Origin: an uncultured virus (IMG/VR IMGVR_UViG_3300047462_000385)
Taxonomy: Duplodnaviria; Heunggongvirae; Uroviricota; Caudoviricetes
Strand: one strand, 5' to 3'
Length of the DNA: 64,000 nt
Virus record (IMG/VR): IMGVR_UViG_3300047462_000385
Coordinates: 1-64,000 of that record
Shown piece after piece: positions 37,687 through 46,861 of the stretch. Below the pieces are notes generated by a model. The model was not told the DNA's origin and made no database searches. It was given only the letters and a program-made list of their open reading frames with translations. A program made the position numbers and the translations under genes. Each line of letters starts with the position of its first letter. Position 1 is the first letter of the stretch.

Positions 37687-37760
37687 TCCGGGTTCGTCTA
37701 ATGGCAGGATAGGTTATTCCGAATGATCTGATTTGGGTTCGATCCCCAACCCCGGAACCA
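37687..37760 (+). tRNA. tRNA with CCG anticodon (Arg) on a Gln-like body
   Basis: GGTTA-TTCCGAA-TGATC, U1-A72, ACCA. Confidence 0.7.
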
Positions 37761-38164
37761 TGAAATTACGATTAGATTTTGGTGAAAAATTAGACCTTTC
37801 TAAGTTTAGAAAGCAGGCAGCGTTCTATATAAGTACGCTTCCTCAGGTCAATTACTATCTAGTCTTACCGCACTACAAGGTCATAGCAGAAGTAGTTAGA
37901 CCGGAAGGAAGCCAAACCGGGCGCACTGTCACACTTAGTCTAACTGAATTGACGCGTGACAAAGAGGGCGAAATCATCGCAGAGAAAACTATTGTACCAC
38001 TTATTGATAACAGGTTTCAAGAGATAGAAGAAATCAAAAAAATATTTGTTATTGATCATTACGAAGCCACATTTGACTCTAACTCTCCTAATGAGATTGT
38101 TGATAAAATTTGTCACATTCTAAAAGTTGTTCACAAGATTAATCGATTGAAAGTATTTTTATGA
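37760..38164 (+). CDS. hypothetical protein
   Basis: ORF starting MKLRLDF right after the tRNA. Confidence 0.6.
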   Translation: MKLRLDFGEKLDLSKFRKQAAFYISTLPQVNYYLVLPHYKVIAEVVRPEGSQTGRTVTLSLTELTRDKEGEIIAEKTIVPLIDNRFQEIEEIKKIFVIDHYEATFDSNSPNEIVDKICHILKVVHKINRLKVFL

Positions 38165-38574
38165 AGTCTGTTGGTAAATTGGTGTATTCTCCGCGCACCC
38201 ACTTGTCTTCCTCTGAAAAGTGGCTAGTATTGATGTGCGATGATGAGATTTCCAAATACTACAGGCACCTGTTTACCAAGGATTACCCTTACCTAAACGG
38301 TGAGCGAATTGGTAAATTAACCCGTCCTGTATGGGGCACTCACGTCTCCGTAATACGAGGCGAGTTCATCCCCAACATAAAACTGTGGGGTTTAGATGCT
38401 AATAAACTTGTTGAATTCGAATATGATGGTGGTGTTATAGACAACAAGGAATACTATTGGCTCAAAGCTAAATGTCCGTATCTTTCTGAACTCAGAGAGA
38501 AATATGGACTATCTAGAGAGCCACGCTTTGGATTCCACTTAACTATCGGAAGGACCACCGAGGATGCTCGCTGA
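38161..38574 (+). CDS. 2H phosphoesterase-like protein
   Basis: Two HxS/T motifs: THVSV and FHLTIG. Confidence 0.7.
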   Translation: MKSVGKLVYSPRTHLSSSEKWLVLMCDDEISKYYRHLFTKDYPYLNGERIGKLTRPVWGTHVSVIRGEFIPNIKLWGLDANKLVEFEYDGGVIDNKEYYWLKAKCPYLSELREKYGLSREPRFGFHLTIGRTTEDAR

Positions 38575-39241
38575 CATTCAATTTACGCTTAGCCTTATTC
38601 GACACGGACAATCTGAGATTAACATCAAGCCAGATATTATGGGGCAACGGGCAGATGTCCAGTTAACCGATGTAGGTAGGCGGCAAGCAAGAGCATTACA
38701 TAATAAGTTTGTGCTGGATGGAAATTATTTCGATAAAATATATTCTTCTGATTACACTCGCGCACTCAATACTGCACAGATTGTTCGCGGAGAGTCGTCC
38801 CAAGAAATTATTTTGGCTGAGCCGCTGCGAGAATATGACGCGGGCGATTGGACTAATGCCAGCAGAAAAGAAACACTTAATGACCAAATGAAGTTAAGAA
38901 TGGGCTACCTTCATCATGGATTCTTGCCACCCAGTGGTGAATCAATGACTCAGGTAGAGCGTCGAGCTTCTAGATGGTTGGAAGAAACAATTTTATACAA
39001 TAAAGAAATGGCAGAGCTTTCTGCCTGGAAAAAAGAGAACGAACACCCTCCACTCAACATTGCTTGCTTCAGTCATGGCATGACTATAAAGTGCCTATTA
39101 CATTATGTAATGGGTTTTGAAAGAAATTTTACTTGGAAGGTAACTATAGACAATACTTCAGTATCAAAGCTTTCTTTTGGAAAAGAAGGTTGGAGACTGA
39201 TTAGTATTAATGACTGTTCTCACTTACTAGTAAAGAGTTAA
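38564..39241 (+). CDS. histidine phosphatase family protein
   Basis: RHGQS, SSDYTRA, LRE, SHG. Confidence 0.92.
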   Translation: MLADIQFTLSLIRHGQSEINIKPDIMGQRADVQLTDVGRRQARALHNKFVLDGNYFDKIYSSDYTRALNTAQIVRGESSQEIILAEPLREYDAGDWTNASRKETLNDQMKLRMGYLHHGFLPPSGESMTQVERRASRWLEETILYNKEMAELSAWKKENEHPPLNIACFSHGMTIKCLLHYVMGFERNFTWKVTIDNTSVSKLSFGKEGWRLISINDCSHLLVKS

Positions 39242-39242
39242 T

Positions 39243-39761
39243 ATGGGCGCACAAGAAAGAAAACGACAAAAAAGAATTAAAGAACATGTTATTGATCGTG
39301 ATGGGATGATTTGTTGCTACTGTGATAAAGTATTAACAGACGAAACTGTTACCATGGAACATATTGTTCCAGACAGTAAGAAGGGTACATTCAATAGTAC
39401 AAATCTAACCGTATCATGCTCTTATTGTAATAATAAGAGGGGAAATAAACCTTTCTTTGATTATTGTAAGCAATTTAATTTCTCGGAAGATAAGATTGAA
39501 AAATATAAAAAATTATATTACAACAATCTTAGAATCAAAGTATTGAATATAGCCAAAGAGGAATGTCTTAAAACCGACATTGCGGTCCCCAATACCATCA
39601 TTCAGCAGGCGTGCCAAGTTCTAAAAATTAGACCCATGACATTTGCCGATTATATGAGTATTTATCAGTTTGATATTAATTTTACTGAAATGTGTGAGCG
39701 TCGTCGCATCAAATTTTGTTTCGAGCAATTGATTAGAATAATAGAATCTGATTGTGGCTGA
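39243..39761 (+). CDS. HNH endonuclease
   Basis: CCYC..TMEHIVPDSKKG..NLTVSCSYCN. Confidence 0.85.
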   Translation: MGAQERKRQKRIKEHVIDRDGMICCYCDKVLTDETVTMEHIVPDSKKGTFNSTNLTVSCSYCNNKRGNKPFFDYCKQFNFSEDKIEKYKKLYYNNLRIKVLNIAKEECLKTDIAVPNTIIQQACQVLKIRPMTFADYMSIYQFDINFTEMCERRRIKFCFEQLIRIIESDCG

Positions 39762-39785
39762 TATATTTTGTGTAGGAGATTACAC

Positions 39786-40073
39786 ATGAGCGTTCATCCA
39801 ATTAGAGATCAAATTGTTGTTACTGTTGTCACTGCTAAGAAGCAAGAGGGACTTATTATTAGACCAGATACTATCGAAGAGAAGCTAGTTACTGGTAAGG
39901 TAGTTAGAGTTGGCTCTGGTCGTGTTACACAACAGGGCGCGATTATACCATTAGATGTTGTTGTTGGCGATGAAGTAAAGTTTAACAAGAATATGGCTAC
40001 TGAAGTTTCTCATGGCGGAGAAACTGTCTTCGTCTTAAGAGAAGACAACGTTACCTGCGTTCTCAGAGACTGA
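39786..40073 (+). CDS. groES: co-chaperonin GroES
   Basis: HPIRDQIVV, GKVVRVGSG, VGDEV, LRED. Confidence 0.9.
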   Translation: MSVHPIRDQIVVTVVTAKKQEGLIIRPDTIEEKLVTGKVVRVGSGRVTQQGAIIPLDVVVGDEVKFNKNMATEVSHGGETVFVLREDNVTCVLRD

Positions 40074-40097
40074 AAAAATTAAACTCAAACAATTTTT

Positions 40098-40128
40098 AGC
40101 CGCCCATTGTAATGATGAGGCGGCTTTT
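40098..40128. terminator. putative intrinsic terminator
   Basis: AGCCGCC...GGCGGCT followed by TTT between convergent genes. Confidence 0.55.
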
Positions 40129-40138
40129 GTATTTCCTG

Positions 40139-40592
40139 TCAATTACCACCAGCACGAGGCTGGTGGCTTGTAAGTAGCATTGCTGCTCCTACATTGGCAT
40201 TGCTGCCGTTAGGCTGATTGACATCAGCCCGATCCGAAAGCTTATAGCTTTCAAGATGCTTGTTGCAAATATTTCTACTTGCATTCAAGTCTGAATTGAG
40301 CCTAAATCCACATTGCTTGCACTCGAAAGAGTGCTGCTTGCGATTGCTTCGACATATACAACCGCACTCACTACATCTTTGGCTGGTATAACGAGCATCG
40401 ATGTATTCGATACTGATACCTTTCATCATTGCCTTATAGGTCAAGAATTGACCAAGCTGGAAGTATGACCAGCTATTGATGAGAGTGCGTTGTGGTTTAT
40501 GTAGGCGCCTATTGCGAATACCAGTAAGGTCTTCCAAAACAATAGTGTCGCCAGCGTTTAGGCTCTGTATAATCTGTTTCGATATTCTATCA
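40139..40592 (-). mobile_element. tnpB: truncated IS200/IS605 TnpB remnant (RuvC/Zn finger plus right-end hairpin)
   Basis: ISKQI..VLEDLTGIR, YTSQRCSECG, FECKQCG, DLNASRNI; CCACCAGC/GCTGGTGG end hairpin. Confidence 0.8.
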
Positions 40593-40905
40593 ATGTAAAA
40601 TAAAACCAGACATTTTTCAGGTAAATATGGGTGGCGGCATTTTAAAAGAAGATAGTTGGGAGCGTGACGCCCGCGCCTATGAATTTAATCAATGGGTAGC
40701 TAATGGTGGGGCTCACCAAGCCTTTTTAAATAAAAAAATGTAATACCAGTAAAGATTGCCCCAATGACGCCAAATACACTGTACTCTATAGTGAAGAGCG
40801 TCTGTTTAGTGAAGAATGCTGCTGCGAAGAACACAAAGCTTACCGAGAACTGGCAATCAATGCCCGATTAGTTCCATTTATTTCTAATACATTAAAAACA
40901 TTTAT

Positions 40906-41523
40906 ATGAAATCATATCCATCAATTACAAAAGAAGTTAGACACGGAGTTTACATTTATGCTTTTGACAAGCTAGATGGGTCAAACATCCGTGCCGAGTG
41001 GAACGCCAAAAGGGGCTTCTATAAGTTCGGAACCAAGAACCAATTAATCGATGAAACCAATAAACCATTTGGGTGCGCGATTAATTTGTTGAGGGACAAA
41101 TATGCGGCTGATCTGGAAATGGTATTCAAAGAGCAAAGGTGGCGTGACGTCATTTGCTTCTTTGAGTTGTGGGGACCAAGTTCGTTTGCAGGCAACCATA
41201 ACTTCCAAGAGAACTTGACTGTAACGCTGATCGACGTGAACCCCTATAAACAGGGCATCCTGGAGCCCAAAGAATTTATTAAATACTTTGGACACCTAGA
41301 CACCCCAAAGGTACTATATGAGGGGAAAGTTAATACAGAATTGTTTGATGAGGTCAAGCAATCCACCTTGCCCGGCATGACTTTTGAGGGTGTAGTTTGT
41401 AAGGGTGCGTCCGACAGTAAAGCTCGTATGCCCGTAATGTTTAAGATAAAATCGCAAGCATGGTTACAAAAATTAAAAACATATTGCAATGGCAATGAAA
41501 AACTGTATGCAATGCTGGAATAA
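40906..41523 (+). CDS. Rnl2-like RNA ligase/nucleotidyltransferase domain protein (paralog of 13938)
   Basis: DKLDGSN, ELWG, EGVVCK, KIK. Confidence 0.75.
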   Translation: MKSYPSITKEVRHGVYIYAFDKLDGSNIRAEWNAKRGFYKFGTKNQLIDETNKPFGCAINLLRDKYAADLEMVFKEQRWRDVICFFELWGPSSFAGNHNFQENLTVTLIDVNPYKQGILEPKEFIKYFGHLDTPKVLYEGKVNTELFDEVKQSTLPGMTFEGVVCKGASDSKARMPVMFKIKSQAWLQKLKTYCNGNEKLYAMLE

Positions 41524-41549
41524 TTAGACATTAGGGCATAGGAGATACT

Positions 41550-41783
41550 ATGCAATCAGGTGAACTAATTGTGACAGGCGCAGGTGAAGCAATAATTCAA
41601 TTGCGCAACTTCCCAGGAGAAGTCAAAGTTAAATTCATAAATGACCTTGAGCTGGTACCCTGCAACCCTCAGCATGTAGACACTTTGGAATATGAGGTAC
41701 AAACCACTGCAACTGGTGTAGTCTTAGTTGTTACTTGGAATGTAACTGGTGTTCGTGAAGTTAAATGGCATGTTGCCTACTAA
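41550..41783 (+). CDS. small hypothetical protein (paralog of next gene)
   Basis: MQSGELIVTG...PCNP...GVREVKW. Confidence 0.65.
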   Translation: MQSGELIVTGAGEAIIQLRNFPGEVKVKFINDLELVPCNPQHVDTLEYEVQTTATGVVLVVTWNVTGVREVKWHVAY

Positions 41784-41795
41784 AAGGATAAGCAC

Positions 41796-42074
41796 ATGCA
41801 TTCAGGCGCTTTAACTGTAACTGGAGAAAATTCAACAAGAATTCTCCTATCTGGCAGACCAAGAGAGGTAAGTGTTCGTTTCAGACATGAAAAAGAACCT
41901 CATCCTTGCAATCCACATCACCACGATCATTTAGATTGGGAAATTATTCATGTGGATGAAGACCAACATGAACACAGAAAAGTTATTCATCACCATCATG
42001 ATCGCCAATTCTTCTTATATATAGAATGGGAAGTATTTGGTGTGAGAGAGATTGACTGGTTTGTAATCTATTAA
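41796..42074 (+). CDS. small His-rich hypothetical protein
   Basis: MHSGALTVTG...PCNP...GVREIDW. Confidence 0.65.
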   Translation: MHSGALTVTGENSTRILLSGRPREVSVRFRHEKEPHPCNPHHHDHLDWEIIHVDEDQHEHRKVIHHHHDRQFFLYIEWEVFGVREIDWFVIY

Positions 42075-42079
42075 GTTAA

Positions 42080-43045
42080 ATGAAAGTTTTAGTATATGGT
42101 TGGTATAACCAATCAAACATTGGTGATGATTTGTTTGTTGAAGCATTTCAACAACTATTTCCCAACTGTCAGTTTGTTTTTTGTGACGCCATTACTACTA
42201 AAAAATTAGAAAATATTGATGCCGTCTTCTTTGGAGGCGGCTCTTTTCTTTACAGCCCGCCAAATATTCCTGCCGAAGTATTGCAGCTATTGAAATCTAA
42301 AAAAATATTTTACATTGGTGTTGGTGTCGAGATTGACATTCATCCAACTCATCTTGACCTAATGAGGGCGGCAAAACTAATAGCTACACGTTCTCCTGAT
42401 CAAGTTGATAGGTTAAAGGAAATAAATCCTAATACTAGATGGATTCCTGATTTAGTTTATTCCCTTCAATCCAAAGTGGTTAAATTGTCAAAATTTAATA
42501 AATCAGTTTTGATAATGCCTAATATTGCTGTGGTACCGAAAAATTCTGAACCGCACTGGAAACATGCGGCTTGGACCTACTTCAAGTCGGAATTTAGTCA
42601 GTTTTTAGATTATCTTGTTACTGAAGGTTATCGCATTAACTTTTTGTCTATGTGTCAAGGTAACAAAGATAATGATGATTGGGCAATAGCTGAGCTTCTT
42701 AGTTCAATGGATAAGGGCGACAAGACCTTTATCTTAAATGGTTTACCAGTAGGTATCAGGTCAGTCACCGCTCTTGTTTCCAAATATGAAACAGTTATTA
42801 CACAAAGATTTCACGGTATCATACTATCTGAAATGACCAGAACTCCATACCTAGCTATTCACCATCATGATAAGCTCAGGTTTGTACAGCCAAACGATGG
42901 AGTTTTCATAAACTACTATAATAGTTCCAAGAGAAAATTGATTGACTCTTTCGAGCAATCAATGAAAATGAAATTTCAAAATAGTTTTCCAACAGAATCC
43001 ACTATATTTGAGGCATTAAGTAAAGATGTGTTAAGTCTTACCTAA
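42080..43045 (+). CDS. polysaccharide pyruvyl transferase family protein
   Basis: GWYNQSNIGDD, FGGGS, PDLV, RFHG. Confidence 0.87.
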   Translation: MKVLVYGWYNQSNIGDDLFVEAFQQLFPNCQFVFCDAITTKKLENIDAVFFGGGSFLYSPPNIPAEVLQLLKSKKIFYIGVGVEIDIHPTHLDLMRAAKLIATRSPDQVDRLKEINPNTRWIPDLVYSLQSKVVKLSKFNKSVLIMPNIAVVPKNSEPHWKHAAWTYFKSEFSQFLDYLVTEGYRINFLSMCQGNKDNDDWAIAELLSSMDKGDKTFILNGLPVGIRSVTALVSKYETVITQRFHGIILSEMTRTPYLAIHHHDKLRFVQPNDGVFINYYNSSKRKLIDSFEQSMKMKFQNSFPTESTIFEALSKDVLSLT

Positions 43046-43051
43046 TGGCTG

Positions 43052-44344
43052 GTGGATATGGCGAGATTTGTTGGAGTTAGGCACAACCGCATATGTGTGG
43101 TGTCAGACAAAAGTTTTAGCAATGAGGGCTTGGAGATAATTGAAATCCCGCCCGAGCTTTCACATGTCTCACCTACAGAACTCATTACTTCTTGCGTCGT
43201 TTGCAACGGCAAAATTAAATACAAGCATATCAAAAAGTCAGCTAAAGATTTGAAAGTGGCTTTGGTTGGAAATTGGAAAATGCAATGTGGAATTGCCACT
43301 TACTCCCAAAATTTATGGCCAGAAGTCGTAAAGCATGTGGGAGATTTTAAATTATTCATCGAAGATAATTCGGTTATTGGAAATCTAAATGAGATTGGTG
43401 GGCAAATAATTCCAGATGACAAAGTTAAAGTTTGCTGGAAGCGCGGACAACCAACATCTGATTTGGCTAAAGCTATTAAGGAATATGATCCGGATATCGT
43501 GTGGATTCAGCATGAGTTTGGATTATTTCCTGATGCTCGCCATTGGCTATCTTTGATGAGTCAGCTATCAGATTATAGGGTCATCGTTACTATGCACTCA
43601 GTCTTTCATCACAAAGACAAAACGATTTGTGAAGCTGCTATACCAGAGATCGTGGTGCACTTACAGGGCGGTTATGAAGTTTTAAAGAATGAAAAGAAAG
43701 TTCCTGGCAAAGTATATGTAATACCTCATGGTTGTTTCCCTTGTACTAGCAAAGAACGACTTTGGAACATGTATAAGTCAGAGCGAACTTTTATGCAGTT
43801 TGGATTTGGATTTAGATATAAAGGATGGGAAAATTCAATTCGGGCGACTGCAGAACTTAAGAAAAAGTTTCCAGATGTCTTCTTCACTGGATTATTTTCC
43901 GAGTCAGCACAAAGCAAGACAGAGCATGATGTTTATTACCATGAGCTAACTGACCTAATAGAACAGCTTGATATCCAAGAAAATGTGGCGCTGATTCGTG
44001 GTTTTCAGTCAGATGAAACTTTAGATAGCTATATGAGAACGAATCAGGCAACTTTATTTCCTTATGTATCTCATCCTGCCCATGAAGTATATGGCGCATC
44101 CGGCGCAGCAAGAATTGCAATGTCAAAGGCATTGCCTGTAGTTACATCTTCAGTCAATCACTTCTCAGATTTGCCCACGATTAAGGCTGATACCTCTGAA
44201 GATATTGCTAAAGCACTAGAACAACTGTTTACTAACCCTGCCGCTCGTGAAGCTCAAGTTAAGAAACAAATTGATTACCTAAATGAAAATACTTGGGAAA
44301 ATATCGCTTCACGTTACATTTTATTGTTCGAAATGGGTTGCTAA
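43052..44344 (+). CDS. GT4-family glycosyltransferase
   Basis: CGIATYS, IQHEFG, IPHG, KG, SG...PVV. Confidence 0.85.
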   Translation: MDMARFVGVRHNRICVVSDKSFSNEGLEIIEIPPELSHVSPTELITSCVVCNGKIKYKHIKKSAKDLKVALVGNWKMQCGIATYSQNLWPEVVKHVGDFKLFIEDNSVIGNLNEIGGQIIPDDKVKVCWKRGQPTSDLAKAIKEYDPDIVWIQHEFGLFPDARHWLSLMSQLSDYRVIVTMHSVFHHKDKTICEAAIPEIVVHLQGGYEVLKNEKKVPGKVYVIPHGCFPCTSKERLWNMYKSERTFMQFGFGFRYKGWENSIRATAELKKKFPDVFFTGLFSESAQSKTEHDVYYHELTDLIEQLDIQENVALIRGFQSDETLDSYMRTNQATLFPYVSHPAHEVYGASGAARIAMSKALPVVTSSVNHFSDLPTIKADTSEDIAKALEQLFTNPAAREAQVKKQIDYLNENTWENIASRYILLFEMGC

Positions 44345-44427
44345 CTGAAATTAATGATAAAAAGTGATAATTTCTATGAAAGATATGATATATACGGTGT
44401 TGAAGGTTAACTAACACAGGAGATATT

Positions 44428-45390
44428 ATGTCTAACCCAAATTACACACTAGAAATCATTTCACACCACCCAAAGTTCGATAAGAAGAGCCTCCGTCAAT
44501 ATTACGTAGATGGCATCAATACTGTTGGAGCTTGGGGAGATGAACCATTTGAAATTGTATTCAAAAATCATTCTTGGCAGAAAGTTCAAGTAAAATTATC
44601 TATTGATGGAACTGACATTCTTACTGGAGATAAGGCTGATACAAAAGTCTCCGATGATATGTGGGTTGTAAATGGATATGGCACCTTAAATATAAAAGCT
44701 TGGCCAGAAACCAGTAATGGCGGTGCGCAATTAATATTTACTAGTGCGAACAATAGTGTAGCCGTTCATACTCATGGCGATCTATCTAGCAGAGGAATTA
44801 TCGCTGCAGCCGTTTTTACAGAAGGTCATGTGGAACCAGTTAGATTGAGCCCTCCTGTTATTGTTACTGAAGAGCATCACCATCATCACTATCCTAAGCA
44901 TTATAGTAATCCATTTTATTATCCTGTCATTTGGTACAATACCATCGGCGGCAATACTGGTGGACTTGGTTCAGGCAATGCAACTTTCAATTCTTCCAAT
45001 GTATTAAGAAACAGTCAATCTTTTGATTCAGTTGTTTCCAATAGTATAAATATTGGTGATGCTAGTGGAATTTATACATGCGATGCTTCTCCTCCTAAAG
45101 AACTAGAGAGTTTAGCTGCAGTTGGTGCAGGAGAACATGTTGATCAAAAGATTACTTATGTAACAGGTTTGATTAAGCCAACTCTATCTGAAACTGTTAG
45201 AGTCCGTTACATGTGGTGGGACGATTTGGTTGCCAAGTTGAAGGAACGCAATGTTCCAGCCCCTCATGCTTCCGGTTTTCCTGGCGACAAGAAACAACAC
45301 ATTATGAGCTTGGGTAATACTCCAAGAATTGGTTCTTTTAGTCGAGCTTTCCCACGAGAGCAGGCTGAACCAATGTACAGTAGGATTTGA
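44428..45390 (+). CDS. hypothetical protein
   Basis: 320-aa ORF with AGGAGA RBS. Confidence 0.7.
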   Translation: MSNPNYTLEIISHHPKFDKKSLRQYYVDGINTVGAWGDEPFEIVFKNHSWQKVQVKLSIDGTDILTGDKADTKVSDDMWVVNGYGTLNIKAWPETSNGGAQLIFTSANNSVAVHTHGDLSSRGIIAAAVFTEGHVEPVRLSPPVIVTEEHHHHHYPKHYSNPFYYPVIWYNTIGGNTGGLGSGNATFNSSNVLRNSQSFDSVVSNSINIGDASGIYTCDASPPKELESLAAVGAGEHVDQKITYVTGLIKPTLSETVRVRYMWWDDLVAKLKERNVPAPHASGFPGDKKQHIMSLGNTPRIGSFSRAFPREQAEPMYSRI

Positions 45391-45473
45391 GCAACGCGAC
45401 ATGACGTTCAAAGTGAAGCGGGCAGTCTGGAATGGTCCAAGGCTGCTCGTTTTATTTAAAAATAACGGTTGGT

Positions 45474-45501
45474 TTGACATCACGCAGTGCATGGTTATAT
45501 T
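45474..45501 (+). promoter_or_regulatory. sigma70-like promoter
   Basis: TTGACA-N16-TATATT with TGG. Confidence 0.55.
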
Positions 45502-45604
45502 TCAATTTGAGTGAATCATTATTTATATCCCAGTGAGGGATTTTAATTTTTCACATAGTTCTCCGGTGAGGAGGTTTAACAGACCGAAATTATAGGAGTA
45601 TACT

Positions 45605-45931
45605 ATGAAAAAAGCAAATATTGTATTGGACGAACAATCAACCGGGTTAACTATCATCGAAAGAATGGATTTTGAGCGCATAGACGCGTTTTTTGATGTA
45701 CTACATGATACTTTCCATCCCAATGAGTCACCTGATGAGTTTGATGTCAGGTTTATATCTTTCTGGAAATTATTTTTGGTTTCTGTTGGGTGGACAGAGA
45801 ATGAGTTTTGGGACGAATGGGATAAGAGACCACATACCTGCAAGGATTGTGGGGCTCATATGGATGAGGACGGAAATCATGTAGATGATGTCTCCAATCC
45901 ACAAACTCCACCAGAGTCAAAACCCAATTAA
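45605..45931 (+). CDS. hypothetical protein
   Basis: 108-aa ORF with AGGAG RBS. Confidence 0.65.
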   Translation: MKKANIVLDEQSTGLTIIERMDFERIDAFFDVLHDTFHPNESPDEFDVRFISFWKLFLVSVGWTENEFWDEWDKRPHTCKDCGAHMDEDGNHVDDVSNPQTPPESKPN

Positions 45932-46041
45932 TTAGTCAATTTTGATGAAGGTTAGTTCTTTCATCAAAATCTATAAAGTTTCCAGAGAGGAAATACAAAA
46001 ACTTATGCTCCGGTGAGGAGGTAACTTCTATCGGAATAGTT

Positions 46042-46806
46042 ATGCCTTTAAAATCTAAATATCATGTTTTTTGTAATGATCAATTTGGTTCTTGGACAGT
46101 AATCGAAATAAATAAGCCAAAATCTCGCACCTTAGTTAGATGTATTTGTGGTTTTGAAAAATCAATTAGAACAGCCGACTTGGTAACAGGTCGCTCCCGC
46201 TCTTGTGGAAAAAGAGTATGTTTTGCAGATTATTCATGTCTTTTGGGAATGAGATTTGGATTTTTGTCAGTATTGAAAATCACTGATGAAAGATCGAATA
46301 ATGGCTCAATTATATGGGAATGCAAATGTATTTGTGGAACAATTTGTTATATTCCTTCGAAAAACTTAATCGCTGGTGCATCAAAAAGTTGCGGATGCAA
46401 GCGTGCTCAAAATAAAAACTCAACAATTGGTTTATTATCAGAAGATGATAGAGCAACCAAAAGAATTTTGAATTCATATAAAAGAAATGCTAAGCGCAGA
46501 AATATTGAGTGGAAATTATCGTATGATGAATTCTCATCTCTAATATCTAAAGATTGCCATTATTGTGGCGTATCTCCCAATAAAACTGTAGTTATTAAAA
46601 GAACCGATAACACAATCATATTTAATTATAATGGCATAGATAGGTTGGATAGCAATAGCGATTATACCATACAGAATTGTGTAACTTGTTGCTGGGTCTG
46701 TAATCGTGCCAAATTAGATATGTCATATTCGGCGTGGGTAAAATGGATAGACCAACTTATTAAATTTCAAACCAATTGTGCTACTAATATCGTGATATAT
46801 GTTTGA
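46042..46806 (+). CDS. homing endonuclease (HNH-like, CxC repeats)
   Basis: WECKCICG..SKSCGC; CHYCG..NGIDRLDS..NCVTCCWVCN. Confidence 0.82.
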   Translation: MPLKSKYHVFCNDQFGSWTVIEINKPKSRTLVRCICGFEKSIRTADLVTGRSRSCGKRVCFADYSCLLGMRFGFLSVLKITDERSNNGSIIWECKCICGTICYIPSKNLIAGASKSCGCKRAQNKNSTIGLLSEDDRATKRILNSYKRNAKRRNIEWKLSYDEFSSLISKDCHYCGVSPNKTVVIKRTDNTIIFNYNGIDRLDSNSDYTIQNCVTCCWVCNRAKLDMSYSAWVKWIDQLIKFQTNCATNIVIYV

Positions 46807-46837
46807 ATGCAAGTTCTCATTGAGAGGACGAATGCAT
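46807..46837 (+). promoter_or_regulatory. conserved leader motif upstream of NadM-Nudix
   Basis: 23/25 nt identical to 47878-47902; own closing stem ATGC/GCAT. Confidence 0.6.
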
Positions 46838-46861
46838 GCTCTAAAGAAGAGCGAGGTTAAT

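Noticed and set aside
16982..40905. Frame breaks at about 17010, 19215, 22700, 30405, 32860 and 40738 as programmed frameshifts
   Set aside because: They fall mostly in homopolymer or short tandem runs in unrelated genes, so sequencing indels or decay are simpler explanations; this also tempers the TAG read-through claim.
40122..46000. 13-nt match (AGGAAATACAAAA) between the flank of the TnpB right end and 45988-46000 as guide and target
   Set aside because: Short, A-rich, found post hoc, and the TnpB is truncated.
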